Assembly (NCBI GenBank): GCA_004022145.1
Contig: RCNU01000002.1
Direction: 5' to 3' (one strand)
DNA length: 64,000 nucleotides
Source of the DNA: Paecilomyces variotii
Lineage: Eukaryota
Position numbers and translations under genes: made by a program. Positions 38,891-52,687 of the stretch are shown one piece after another. Every line of letters begins with the position of its first letter. Positions within the stretch are counted from its first letter, which is position 1. The notes beneath the pieces are model-generated. The model had not been told where the DNA came from, searched no databases, and saw only the letters and a program-made list of their open reading frames with translations.

Positions 38891-40220
38891 AGCGGGCGAC
38901 AATCAACAGTTGCTCACCGGGCAAGAAGCTGCTTCTGCACCCGTAATAATGAATAATGTCAAAAGTCTGCAATAATGATTTTTTCGCGCCCCCAAGGCAG
39001 CATTCAACGAAGGAGACTGGGCGGCTGGCTCCCTAAGCTTAGCGTTGTCGCGGGCTAAAGTTAAGTAGAGGAGAGAGCTCGGATCGATTCCACTCTACTC
39101 AACGCTCCAAAGAAGACTTTTGTAGTACGTAGTACTGTACAATGGAATGGAAGTCTCCGCCAAAAGCCGCAGTGATGTGATGCTCCCTTCAAGTATCTGG
39201 GGAAATAGTCCTGTGGTGCCGGACTACTGTCTGTTCTTAAGCTCACCGCGCAACGGATTGTGACTGTCCCGACGCCGACGGGGTCAACAGTTTCGGCGCT
39301 AACTTATTCGCAAATGGACCGAGAGGATTGGCGGGAAACTTAAGCAGTCAAGAACGCGGAGAATCGCTGATCACCCGGTCAGTCAATAATCGAAATGGAC
39401 ACTTAACTTACTCTGCATTCCTCACGGAGCGGGGAAGAGATGGGGGGAACGTACCTTAGTTGCTTGCCTGTTGCGTTTCAGGTCGATCCCACCCGCGTGT
39501 ACTTATGAGGAGAGAGGAAGACAAGCTTGTTCCGGTCTGAAAAACACAGGAATAATAAGTAAGTAATGGATAATCTAGTCTAGTTTGAGAAAACAAACAC
39601 CAAGAATAAGAGGCATCGAAACGATTCAAGAAGAAGAAAAAAATGACGTCTTTGACTGGTCGAATTAGATGGAAGCAGGTAGGGCAGATACTTAAGCAAG
39701 AGGGACAGAAATAATCATAATAATAATAATAATTATTGATGAAGTCTCCGTGTCCCTGTGCTGTTATGGAGACGCTATCCGATCAATCCGGTCTGATCTC
39801 ATCCATTCACCCTCAATACGGAGCAAAGATCAGTAACGCCCTTTCTTCCCCCCGCAGATATTCTACCATCTACAGCCGAGGCCATCGTTGTGCGTGTGCG
39901 AGGCAGCCACCATGCGGGCCCTCGTACGAAGAACGATCACTCACTCAGCATCCTTACATCGCTCAACAGAGACTCGATTGAGCTGTAAGAGTGATTCGAT
40001 ACGCTAATGTTGAGAGTCGTTGATGCGATCTAGCCAGCCATTTGCGATGCTTTGATCCAATCGGAGGCTTCCTGGACGCTTGAAGGAGCAAGGGTCATTC
40101 CTGATAGTTGCTCCGGAATCCCACTCTAATTCTCGATAGAGAATTGCCATGCCTCGACATGATGAGGAATAGTAGACGTGGCGCAATCTAGCATCCAGCT
40201 ACGGCTGGCTGAGACACGTG

Positions 40221-40244
40221 ATATATATATATATATATATATAT
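40221..40244. repeat. (AT)12 microsatellite
   Basis: Directly visible. Confidence 0.9.
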
Positions 40245-40712
40245 GCCCCATCAGTGTGTGGCACACGATGAGCTTCAACGAAACACAGAATAGCAATCAT
40301 TTCACCCTCTCTGGGTCCGGAAACCGTGAATTCAATCACAAGTATAACGACAAGACTATCAAGTCTTGGTTTCACAAGAGATTCGATCTATAGATAGCGA
40401 GGGCAGAATAGACTATGCAACTTGTACTGTATCTCCAACACCAAGGGACAATGGACAATCTCTTTTTGCAAAGCAGAAACTGACACATACAGTACATCGC
40501 AATGGAAACAATATTTGGTGAGGACAGTGGCGCCCCGGACATGACCACCCTTCTGACACAGTAGCACCTGAACGCGATTTCGACAGAGGGGGAAGAAATA
40601 GTAAGACAGTTAGAGAAAAGACAAAACAAGAGCCATGCATGCCATGCGTGGTGATTACCCGTTGCCAAATACCCCCCCCCATAAGGACCCAGATATCAAG
40701 TGCCTCCCACCC

Positions 40713-43429
40713 TTACTGATCTTCCATGGTTTCATCGTCATCGCCTTCTCCTGCTTCGTCTCCTTCCACCTCAACTTCGGCTTCGCCCTCAGCCTCTCCC
40801 TCTACATCGGCCTCAGGCTCCGAGCTCTCGCTCGCAGCGTAGCCGTTGCCTCCGTAGTTAGACTCGTTCTCGTTCTCTTCACCATCGCCTTCGCCTTCTT
40901 CAACATCTTCGTCTTCAGCTTCCTCCTGCTCTTCGTCGTCCTCATTATCAGTAGAAAGGGCATCGGCATCCTCGTCGACATCAGCTTCTGCCTCGCCTTC
41001 ACCGCCTTCGATGAAGCTGTCCTCGTAGCCCTGATCCTCGTCGCCAGGGGCCAGGTGGGCACGGCTAGAAGATGGAGCAGGTTCGCCGCCTTCTTCACCA
41101 GCGAGTTCTTTGTCGACCTCGTCCAGCACTTCCTCGCCCTCTCTTTCGACATCTTCATCCACAGACGCAGTCGGCATGGGCGAGAGCTCCTGACGGAGCG
41201 GAGACGGCGCTTCCAGACCGTCCTTAGCAGTAGCGACTGCGAGACCAGCCCGGGAGGTACGACTACGGCCGCCTTTGCTACGACTAGCAGCGAGCCCGTT
41301 CCTCCTGGGCGTGGTGTTAGTGCTGGCAACAGGCTTACGTCGTGCACGGCTAGTTCTTCCTCCTCGACCTCGAGAAGGACTCCCAGGACGAGCATCGGAA
41401 GGATCGACTACCGTATAGCCATTGAGCTGTGACTTATGCCGCTCCTCTCGTTCCTTCTTTCGGTCTTTCCTGGGGCCGTTAGCCTCTTCCCAATCCCAGC
41501 GGTCCAGTCTTCGGTTGGCCTTTCGGATGACAGAGAGGAAAAAGCTTGCAGCTTCGCCAAAATCATCCTCTTCCGCAGGGTTGGGGAGCAAGCCACCCTT
41601 TCCCCAGGAGTTCTCATCTTCCGTGTCATATCCATCTGGAAGGCCCTGGAGCAGGCGACAGTAGCGTGCCATGGGAATCTCAGCCTCGCGCTTTACTCGC
41701 AGAGCCTTGTAAGCCTCATTCTTGCGCTGAGCTAGGAGGTAGTCAATCCGCTGTCGGCGATTCTGCTCGACGGCAAGCTGATGCTGAGTGAGAGGGCGGG
41801 GTCTGCGGCCGGGCGTATGTTGTGGCGTGATAGCCGACTCCGTGACGAATTGATTGAGAATAGGGTGACCCGATCCCGGGGGTGCTGGTGATGCGGTGTC
41901 AGGTGTCTGATCCATCTTCGTCTTGATGATCAGACGCTGTTGGGCAGCAGAGACAGGGAGTGACTCCCTCTTGACCCGTTTGTAGCGTCCGCGTGCAGAC
42001 CCGGGTGTACGGTAGTCTTCCTCGTCATCGAGGCGTCTGGAGGAGGGATGCAGCGGAGTGGACATGGCGGAGCGGCCACCCAGACTGACCCTATCAGCAC
42101 GACCTAAAAGAACTATTAGACAAAGAGCTTGAGACATCCCAGCGGTTGGTCACTTACCAGAGAGATCACCGGAAGCCTGGTCGTCTTCGAAACTGTAATC
42201 TGCCGCGCCTAGATGTACCATCAGTCATCCGACAAATATACCAAGAAACGTTGCATAGCTACTTACCCTTTCGTGATCGCTTCGTCGCTCTTGGGATAGG
42301 CTCATCTTCTTCCAGGATGCCTGTACATTAACAATTATTAGGCCAAGTTCACTGCTAAGGGACGAGCTCAATAATAAGAGTCTGAAGGGGGACTTACGCT
42401 TTCGTTCTAGTTGTTTCTCTTGCCCATATTGGATCTCCTCTGGGGTATCCACATTTTCAGCATCTGCCTGCTCCTCAGTCAAGCTCTCAAAAGCAGGGAC
42501 CTTGATAGGCAGGCCCCCAGTGCCTTCTCCTTCGAGACCAGGGCCAAAGGGGTTGTTGAGTGCTGCTTCGCGAGTGAAGTCACTTTCCAGATACCACCAC
42601 ATAAGCCAAAGAAAAGCTCTAGCACGGCTCTTGCTGCTCAGAGTAGCCCGCATGACCAGGTCAAAAAAGTCGCGCGGAGCGAAGAAATGTGTCTCGGATA
42701 TCTTTGGGGCATATTGCGACAGGACAAAAATGAGGTTGACTGGATTTGTGCGAGGAACTGGCACCCGCTTGATCTTCTCGATTGTGTTCGGCTGATCCGT
42801 ATCTTCAGAAGCACCTTTAAGGATGGACTTTAAGCGCGGGGCATCCTGCAGCTGCTTGTAGGCGTTGGGGTCCTGGTGCGCTTGAAGCGAGGGAATCGAG
42901 TGGTAGGTCCGTAGCTGCGCTCGCATTTCGGGGAAGACTATCAAAGGTCAGCTTCGTATATCGAGCAGAGCAGTCTGATCCATAGAGGATACGCACAGTT
43001 GAGAGTCGTGTTCATTCTCCCAAAATTGACAAGCAAACAGACCATGGCCATGCTGATGGCCGCTTGCTTGTCATTCTGTAGCTTGTCCTTGAGAATCTTG
43101 CTGGTTTTGCTGCTTTTTGCCATTGCATCGATGTAGATATCCGCAAAATCCATGCCTTTGCGCCCGTCGGACAGACGAGTGAATACAGGCGTCCTGTCCT
43201 CGAAGACCAATTTGAGGAACTGGTACTGAATGTCTTTCCGCCATAGAGGGATACCATCCTCCTTCTTGAGATGTCTGATCTTGTTTCCAGAGTACACAGA
43301 GCCTATAGTCCCATTGGCCTGGCGCCTGGTGCCTACGGTCGCGCTGACCGTCGTGTGACTAGGCTGTTCATCCTGGGCCTCCGACTGCGCAAGCGACTCG
43401 TCCGCGGCACTGCTGTCGACTTCGGCCAT
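40713..43429 (-). CDS. IES1: INO80 chromatin-remodelling complex subunit Ies1 (multi-exon, acidic C-terminal tail)
   Basis: IRHLKKEDGIPLWRKDIQYQFL, CLLVNFGRMNTTLN|FFPEMRAQLRTYHSIPSLQ, KQLQDAPRLKSILK, PRTNPVNLIF and SRARAFLWLMWWYLE. Confidence 0.9.
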
Positions 43430-45446
43430 GATGGTAAGATCGTTCTTCAACAGACAAGATTAGGCCTCTGAGCTCAGGATACAGACAGCAAATTCGATGT
43501 AGCGGCGTGCCAGCGCCAGGAGTGTCAGGTTCGGGATCGACCAGATGGACGTTATGGACGTGAAGGACGGGGAAGATAATCGCGACGAGGAGGTACTAAT
43601 TGGAAGGAAGTTCGGACGCGAACCAACTCAGGAGATCCCGGAGGAAGAAACGAGATGGTATTTGCTTATCCTAGCGAAGGGAGACGCTGAGAGAGTCAGG
43701 ATCAAATTTGATGTGAGAGCAGAAGGTGGTGTCCCTGGATTTCTTAGAACCGCGTGGTCACCTCGATCGGAAGAGCCGCAGTCCTGGTTCGAGTGCGGAT
43801 CGGAGGCAGTCGATCCCGCTGAGCTTCGATGGTTACTGTAACTAGTCAAGTAGAATACTTTAAAACACGCCGCCTAAGTTCCCGCTCAACACTTCATGAA
43901 CCCTGTAGGTTTTGGATCGCCTCTCTTTTTGACTATTGAAACTTGATAAATAAGGATGAGGCTCCCAGAAAACCTGCAGGTGTTCTCCGTCAGTCTGCTC
44001 TGCATAGTCACTGAATGGGACATTAGTGAATCGCACGGTTCCATTCCCGATGAAAAGGGCTAGTTAGTTACTCTGACATTTGTATCAAGGCTGGGAAATT
44101 CTTTCCTACTACCAGGTGCAAAGCAAGGAAGCTAAGCGCGACGTTCGAGAAAACAAGTCTTGGGAGTCACGCCGTACAACCTCCGCTTGCAAATAGGCTA
44201 CTGTGAGGTCAAAATTCATTTAAAGCGTCAGGACTACTAGAGACAGTCACTGAGCTACAGAACATCTACGAGAGGAACTATTTCTTGAAGTATCGCAGAT
44301 CTTTTGCGTGGATTGAACTTCAGTTATGATAGATACTAAATAGAGAAACTTTTTTTGAGAGCTCTCTCCTCTTCAGGCTTCGAGATCTCCAGGCTCTCAT
44401 GAGCCACGCCATCAAAGGGCCATCTCCAGCGTCATGCCTTCGTGTCGAAACCTGCTGCTGACATGAAATAACTATGATGTCCGTGCACCAGAAAATTAAG
44501 AAGCATCAGCAAAGCAGCTTTCTCCAATCCTCCACGAGTCCGAAATAAGAAACAGATCCCATCAGATGTTTACCCCACGGACCCCAGTGCAGAGAACTTT
44601 TGTGGTTGAAGCAGCTCAAGCTAACGCCAATCGCAATGCAATGAATCCAGTCTATACCACCTCGTGCATCACCGATGCACATGCCGTATCTGCCGAAGAA
44701 AGCCCACGATCGGTTTCCTCCCTCCTGCGCTCGATGACTGCGCAGGCAAGAGCAACCATTCAAAAGCCGGAGAACATACAGTGACACGAAAGCCGGAGAA
44801 GAAAGCGCCGTTTTTTGGTAAAAGCAAAAAAAGTAGGTGGCTGTGTCGAGAGAAGTGCAAAGGAAACAGAAAATAGAGAAGTCGAGAAGCCCGCCATTAG
44901 ATACCTGAACTCAAGAGATCTATCTTGCGAGACACGGTCGATGCAGATGGAGGCGCACCGAGCACATGAAAATCATAAAGCAACTTTTCAAAGAAAAGCC
45001 GACAAGCCCGCCCGGCGCGTCGTGCAAGTGTGCCCCAGTCTTGGAAGCTCAACAAAGTATGGGTATCTGATGAAAGCGGTCATAAAAGAAAGCCAGTGCT
45101 GTCTATGATATTCATGCAATGCCGATATGAGGTGTCCTGGACCGTTCAGTCACGATCCATGGACTGCAGAAGATATCGGACTGCACCGAATGCCCATCTC
45201 TAAATCAGTGGAGCAAAGGAAAAGAGAAAAAAAAAAAAAAGACAAAAACCTCGAGAAATACTGGATACAAGCAGAAGCACATCGAAATAAAACAAAGCAT
45301 GAGGAAATTCGTCGCAGTCGTGACAAAGCCGGCCTCGGACGAAAGAAGAAGCCCGAAGACACTGTTCTGATCGTATCCGTTAAGAAATGGTAAGATAGCA
45401 AGGAAACAATCAGACTCATTGGCCTCGTCAAGAGACCACAACTGAT

Positions 45447-47579
<2,133 letters not shown>

Positions 47580-48672
47580 TCAAATGAGTTGATTCGTGGG
47601 TAATCAGGAGATAAGAAATCTGCAGATGCCTGAAATCGTTTTAAGAGCTCGTCGTGAACACTTAACGAAAGTCCGCAGGCGGGCGAATGTGTTGATGATA
47701 TCGAGATAAAAAAGAGAGCGACGAAAAGTCCGTGTAACGTCTCAAGTCTCTCTCGGGTGGCGATCGAAACACAGAAAAAGACCTTCAAGAGAGACCAGAA
47801 AAAAAATCTCTCCAAAGATCTAAACTCTATGCCTGCGGAAGAAAAAAAGGAAAGAGAAAAAAATGACAAGGTGGATTTTAGATAAAAGGAAGAGTTATGG
47901 AGGAGGTTGAGGGGGTTGTGAAGGGTTTGTGGGAAGGAGGAAGAGATAAAGAAGGGAGGAGGCGCAAACCTAGGAGGTTTTAAAAAAATGGCGAAGGCAA
48001 CAGGCGGTCCGTCGTGTGCTGGGCTGGGCTGGGCTAGCCTGGGGTTCGCCTTCTCCCCGGCCCTGTTTGGCTCACGGCCGCTTAGAGTCGAATTTTGCAC
48101 CCGCGGGCGACGCTGGGTCTTTGGATCAACCAACATCGTGCCCTCTCGCTTGCTCTCTGTTCCCTCTCTGGTCCACTTCTTTGGCTCTACTGGGACTTCC
48201 CTTCCGTTGGCAAGACACATCTAACAGGAGAAAAAAGTGAGAATAAAAGCTTGTCGCCACCCGAGAGGCTAGTCTAGTCATCTTTTCCACTGCTCTCACT
48301 AAACCGTCACTGTTAGTGTCTGGTCCACCAGACACTTCCTGATCTCCAGTCAACGAGGTCTACCATATACTCGAAACAGTCAACTACATGCACGGCTTGT
48401 CAGTAGCAGTCTCGAATCACCTTCTTCGGTCGAGACACTGCTTCGTCGGGACCGTTGATAGCCCGACATTCATCTGGGAAGAGTTCACGAGTGGCCAGCC
48501 CTTGCTTTTCAGATCTTCCTAGGACATCTTGTCGTGGCTTGCTGTGCCTGAATAGACGCAGGATAGTCCAAAGTCTCGTCACCAACCCTGATTAACATCA
48601 TCGCTGGGCTCTTTCATCTTTCCCTCAACTCCTGAATAGACCACTACTGTTACCAAGCGTCTCACATCAGAA

Positions 48673-49679
48673 ATGTCTAATGATCGCACGGCATGGCGTA
48701 ATGTCTTTATCTACGACGGTTCGACTGGCACCTCTCTAGGTGGCGTGCGTCAAAATGGTTCAATAACTGAGGCCGTCTTCCTTTGGATGCTCACCTACGT
48801 CCTGATACCTTCAAATCACGCACTGCGTGTTATATCACGGACCACTCAGCAACCGCTCTTTCCCACGAACAGTCCCCTTCGGACGGGGGACTACGACGTC
48901 TACTCAGCTGCTGGTGTGTATCTCTTACATCCAAATATATCTATATGACCTTTTTTTTTTTTCGCTAACCATAACAGGCAATTTTACGCTGACGGATGAA
49001 GTCCCTGCTTCACGAATTATCTCACACAGCGTAAGCGGTCGAGAAGAATCTTTTCGCGACGATGTACGTAAACGAGATCAAGGATGTGTCTTATCCGGCA
49101 CCAAAAACACAATGGCGTCTTTCGGCCAGTGGCGCGGTTTTGAAGCCGCTCATATCTTTCCTCTAGAGAAAGAGCTTCTCTGGATAAAAGAAGATTGTCA
49201 GCGGTGGATCACGGATATAGATGACGAACGCGATACCAAAATCAACTCGCCCCAGAACGGCCTACTTCTACGAGCTGACATTCACTCTCTGTTCGACGAT
49301 TATCTTGTCTCTGTAAACCCCGACGTGAGTGACCTCTTAGAGAATTAACATTCGTCTTCATTACTAAGATTGTCTTTCTTTTGAAAAGGATAACTACCGC
49401 ATTACAGCATTTAATACCGACTGGGCAGGTCTTGATGGAAGGATACTGGACCCCGCGTGCCGCGACCCTGCTCATCCTCACCGTGCATGTGATGAGTTGC
49501 TCCGATGGCACTTCAGACAGGCAGTTCTCGCTAATATGAAGGGACCTGGAGAGCCTATTTTTGAACACGACTTCCCGCCGGGGACTGACATGGTCGGAGA
49601 AATACGAGAAGGCCCTAAAGCACAGGAACGCTTTGAGCTGGAGCTTGCCTCAAGGTTGTATGGTCATACAACAGACTAA
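48673..49679 (+). CDS. HNH endonuclease domain protein (HNH_2-type), 3 exons, ~292 aa
   Basis: Exons 48673-48913, 48978-49324 and 49389-49679 are in frame. Motifs FRDDVRKRDQGCVLSG, FEAAHIFP, INSPQNGLLLRADIHSLFD and LLRWHFRQAVLANMKG. Confidence 0.88.
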
Positions 49680-50077
49680 ATCCCGTTACGCCTAAAGCCC
49701 GTTGCTGCTTAGTATACAATTATTAATTAGCTTGTATAGATACCTAAATTACTGCCCACATTGATTCCTATCTTAGACAATGGCCTCCGATGTCATATGG
49801 TAGTATCAGAGTAGTTATCACGTGATACAAGCAAATCGCCACCCTCGATGTGGCGATGCCGTGTGGCCAGGCGGGTCGATGATAGTTTACCCCGGTTGAG
49901 GAGACTTCTCGATTGTTCGGAACAAAAGATTAGCGCCAGGGCTCCTATCTTATCAAATAATTAGAGTAGATGGCTCGTGTCAGTTTCTCTACCATAGACG
50001 GAGAAGGACATCCAGTTTCTAGACGGAGTGTGAGGCATAATCTATTCTTGTGGCATAACTCGACAGGATAACCCTTT

Positions 50078-50265
50078 CTAAACCATGGCCTTCTCTTCCT
50101 CCAGTGACTTGTTCACAGAGTTGCGGCGTCTGAGATACACAACGACAAGCGCCACAACAGCAAGCAGTACAGCAATCTTAGTGAAAGGTACAGGACTCTC
50201 CGTCTCTTGGACGGGCGACGTCTGTTCTCCTGGCTTCTCTTCGGAACTGGGTATTTCTTCGTAGT
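50078..50265 (-). CDS. cypB: Putative alternative last exon of cypB encoding a linker, TM helix and short cytosolic tail
   Basis: Donor G|GTAGCC at 50349/50348, branch GCTGAT, acceptor AAG at 50268-50266. The 188-nt exon is in phase and reads DYEEIPSSEEKPGEQTSPVQETESPVPFTKIAVLLAVVALVVVYLRRRNSVNKSLEEEKAMV*. Confidence 0.75.
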
Positions 50266-50328
50266 CTTATGTCACAAGCGCAATATATCAGCGATTCCAG
50301 AGCAGCAAGAGATGGATCTCAAAAAGGT

Positions 50329-51330
50329 TTAGAGCTCATTGTGGCTACCTTTCTCGGGCTCAGACTCCATCTCAAGTTCACCGCTCTTGACGATCTTGAC
50401 CTCCTCGGCGGGCTTGTCTCCGGCGCCCTTGGGGACATTCTCGATCTTGTCGACAACGTCGTAGCCCTCAAGGACCTCGCCGAAGACGACGTGACGTCCG
50501 TCGAGCCAACTAGCAGGAGACATTAGGGCTTTCGTCCAAAGCTGCATAAGCGCCATGCGGAGTACTTACGGGGTGGCAACAGTAGTGATGAAGAACTGAG
50601 AGCCGTTGGTGTCCTTTCCGGCGTTGGCCATGCCTACACAAAGTCAGTATGTCGACATCATCTGTGGACGTGCAAGGGACATACTCAGGAGACCCTTCTT
50701 AGTGTGGCGGAGCTTGAAGTTCTCGTCGGGGAACTTGGCACCGTAGATGGACTTTCCACCAGTTCCTACAGATCTGTCAGTATCTATTTGACATCGTAGA
50801 ACTTTAATAAGGAGAAGGATTCCTACCATCTCCCCGGGTGAAGTCACCGCCCTGGATCATGAACTGCTTGATAACACGGTGGAAGGTAGATCCCTCATAA
50901 CCGAATCCCTTCTCGCCAGTAGCCAGAGCTCTGCACAGCGTACCAGTCAGTGGTTATCCATTACGAAATCATATATAGGCGAAGAAGATTGTCATACCGG
51001 AAGTTCTCAGCCGTCTAGGTAGTAAAGTAACCGTCAGCATATGATACGGAAGTAGACACTGATGTCGCCTTGCTTACCTTAGGGACGGTCTTGCCGTATA
51101 ATCCCAGGACGATTCTTCCCAATGGCTTTCCACCGTGCTCAATATCGAAGAAAACCTGCAGTAAATCCCGTCAGCACATAGCCTTCGCTATCGATAGATC
51201 TTCGAATTCAGTGCCATACCTTGTTCGTAATCTTCGGTCCGCGAGGCTGCTTCGTTTCGTCCGCCTGAGCCAGCGCGAAGCCGACAACAAAGACGAGGAA
51301 GAACGAGAAGAAAAGCCTCCTGAAATTCAT
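50329..51330 (-). CDS. cypB: Cyclophilin B, ER peptidyl-prolyl cis-trans isomerase (soluble HNEL isoform; many short exons)
   Basis: Signal peptide [96 protein letters not shown]-terminal HNEL*. Confidence 0.96.
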
Positions 51331-51792
51331 TTTGTTTCTCAATTGGATTCCTCAACCGTAGGAGGGAATCGTCTGAGGTGGGAGATATCGGGAATAATAG
51401 ATAGAGGAGCACGGCGGTAATCAAGCCAGCTTGCGCGTAAAGTAGTTATGCAGTAGCTTAGGACAATGAAACGCTCCCCAGACAAGGGGTGGGGTGGTAA
51501 TTGCAATATACTGTTGCAATGAGGTGTATATTATTAGCCAATGGTAAGTCGCAAATCCAGGCGTTCACTGATAATTACGTGATAGATTGCCGTACCAAAG
51601 AATGTAAATTACCAATAAAACGCGCAAAAATGCCGCACTCCCAATCGATGCTCGGCAGAACTTTATTGCGGGCTGATTTCTTCCGCGCTCCGCAACATAT
51701 GGTGAAGGTCCGCATATCGAAGTGTCGACTGCCAGATTCGGGCATTGCCAACGCTGTAGCAGCCAGAACAGTCCGTATCTCAGCCAGGCAAG

Positions 51793-52377
51793 ATGGTAAG
51801 TGGTACCTCAGAGGTTGCTCAATCTCTTGAAGATCGCATAACTAACACGAACTAGGTCTTCATTCTCGGTGTCAACTTCCCTGAGCGGAACCTCGTCAAG
51901 GCAAGCATATATACGCACTCGCCCATTAGCGTCGACCACAGGAAACCCAGAATTGCAAACTAACCGTCGTTTTTCGCCCATGTACAGAAGTCCCTCGAGT
52001 CCTTCTTCGGCGTTGGTCCTCAGCACTCCTCCCGGCTCATGTCCCGCTTCTATATCCACCCGACGGCCAAGGTCGGCGAGCTCGCCAACAAGCAGGTGCT
52101 CGAACTCACAGCGGCGCTATCGGAAATGAAGATCGAGAACGACCTCCGCAGACAGGTGTTGGATGATATCAAGCGATTGAGGGATACCGGTACTTACCGT
52201 GGCCGGAGACATGCCCTGGGATTGCCGGTCCGCGGCCAGAACACGAGGAACCAGGTGCGTTTTGAACCACAACTTACTCCTGTCTCGTATTTGGTGGGCG
52301 TCTGGAGTTGCTAATATTGGAATCGCTTCTAGATCAAAACTGCTATCAAGCTCAACCGTGTCGAGCGACGACTGTGA
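51793..52377 (+). CDS. SWS2: Mitochondrial ribosomal small-subunit protein uS13m
   Basis: M|VFILGVNFPERNLVK|KSLESFFGVGP...IENDLRRQVLDDIKRLRDTGTYRGRRHALGLPVRGQNTRNQ|IKTAIKLNRVERRL*. Exons 51793-51795, 51856-51900, 51988-52254 and 52333-52377. Confidence 0.95.
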
Positions 52378-52687
52378 TATATACGCTTTTTCATTGTGGG
52401 GAAACATCGGAGGGCGTTTATCTTATTATTTCCTGCTGCTGGTCATCGCCTCAATTCCTTTTATAATGTACAGTATTTGTATCACGAAGCTCGAAGAAGA
52501 ATAGAGAAGGAAAAAGGATAACACTTTTTCTCAATCAAATCTTGCGTCATCAGTATCAATAGATACATTAACTACAGCATGTAGACCATGAAACAAACGA
52601 AGTTCTATGACACCAATCCAATGTACACACGAAGACAAACTAGATGCACTTTTCTTTTCTCATTCCCAACGCCTCTCTGCTCTATTC

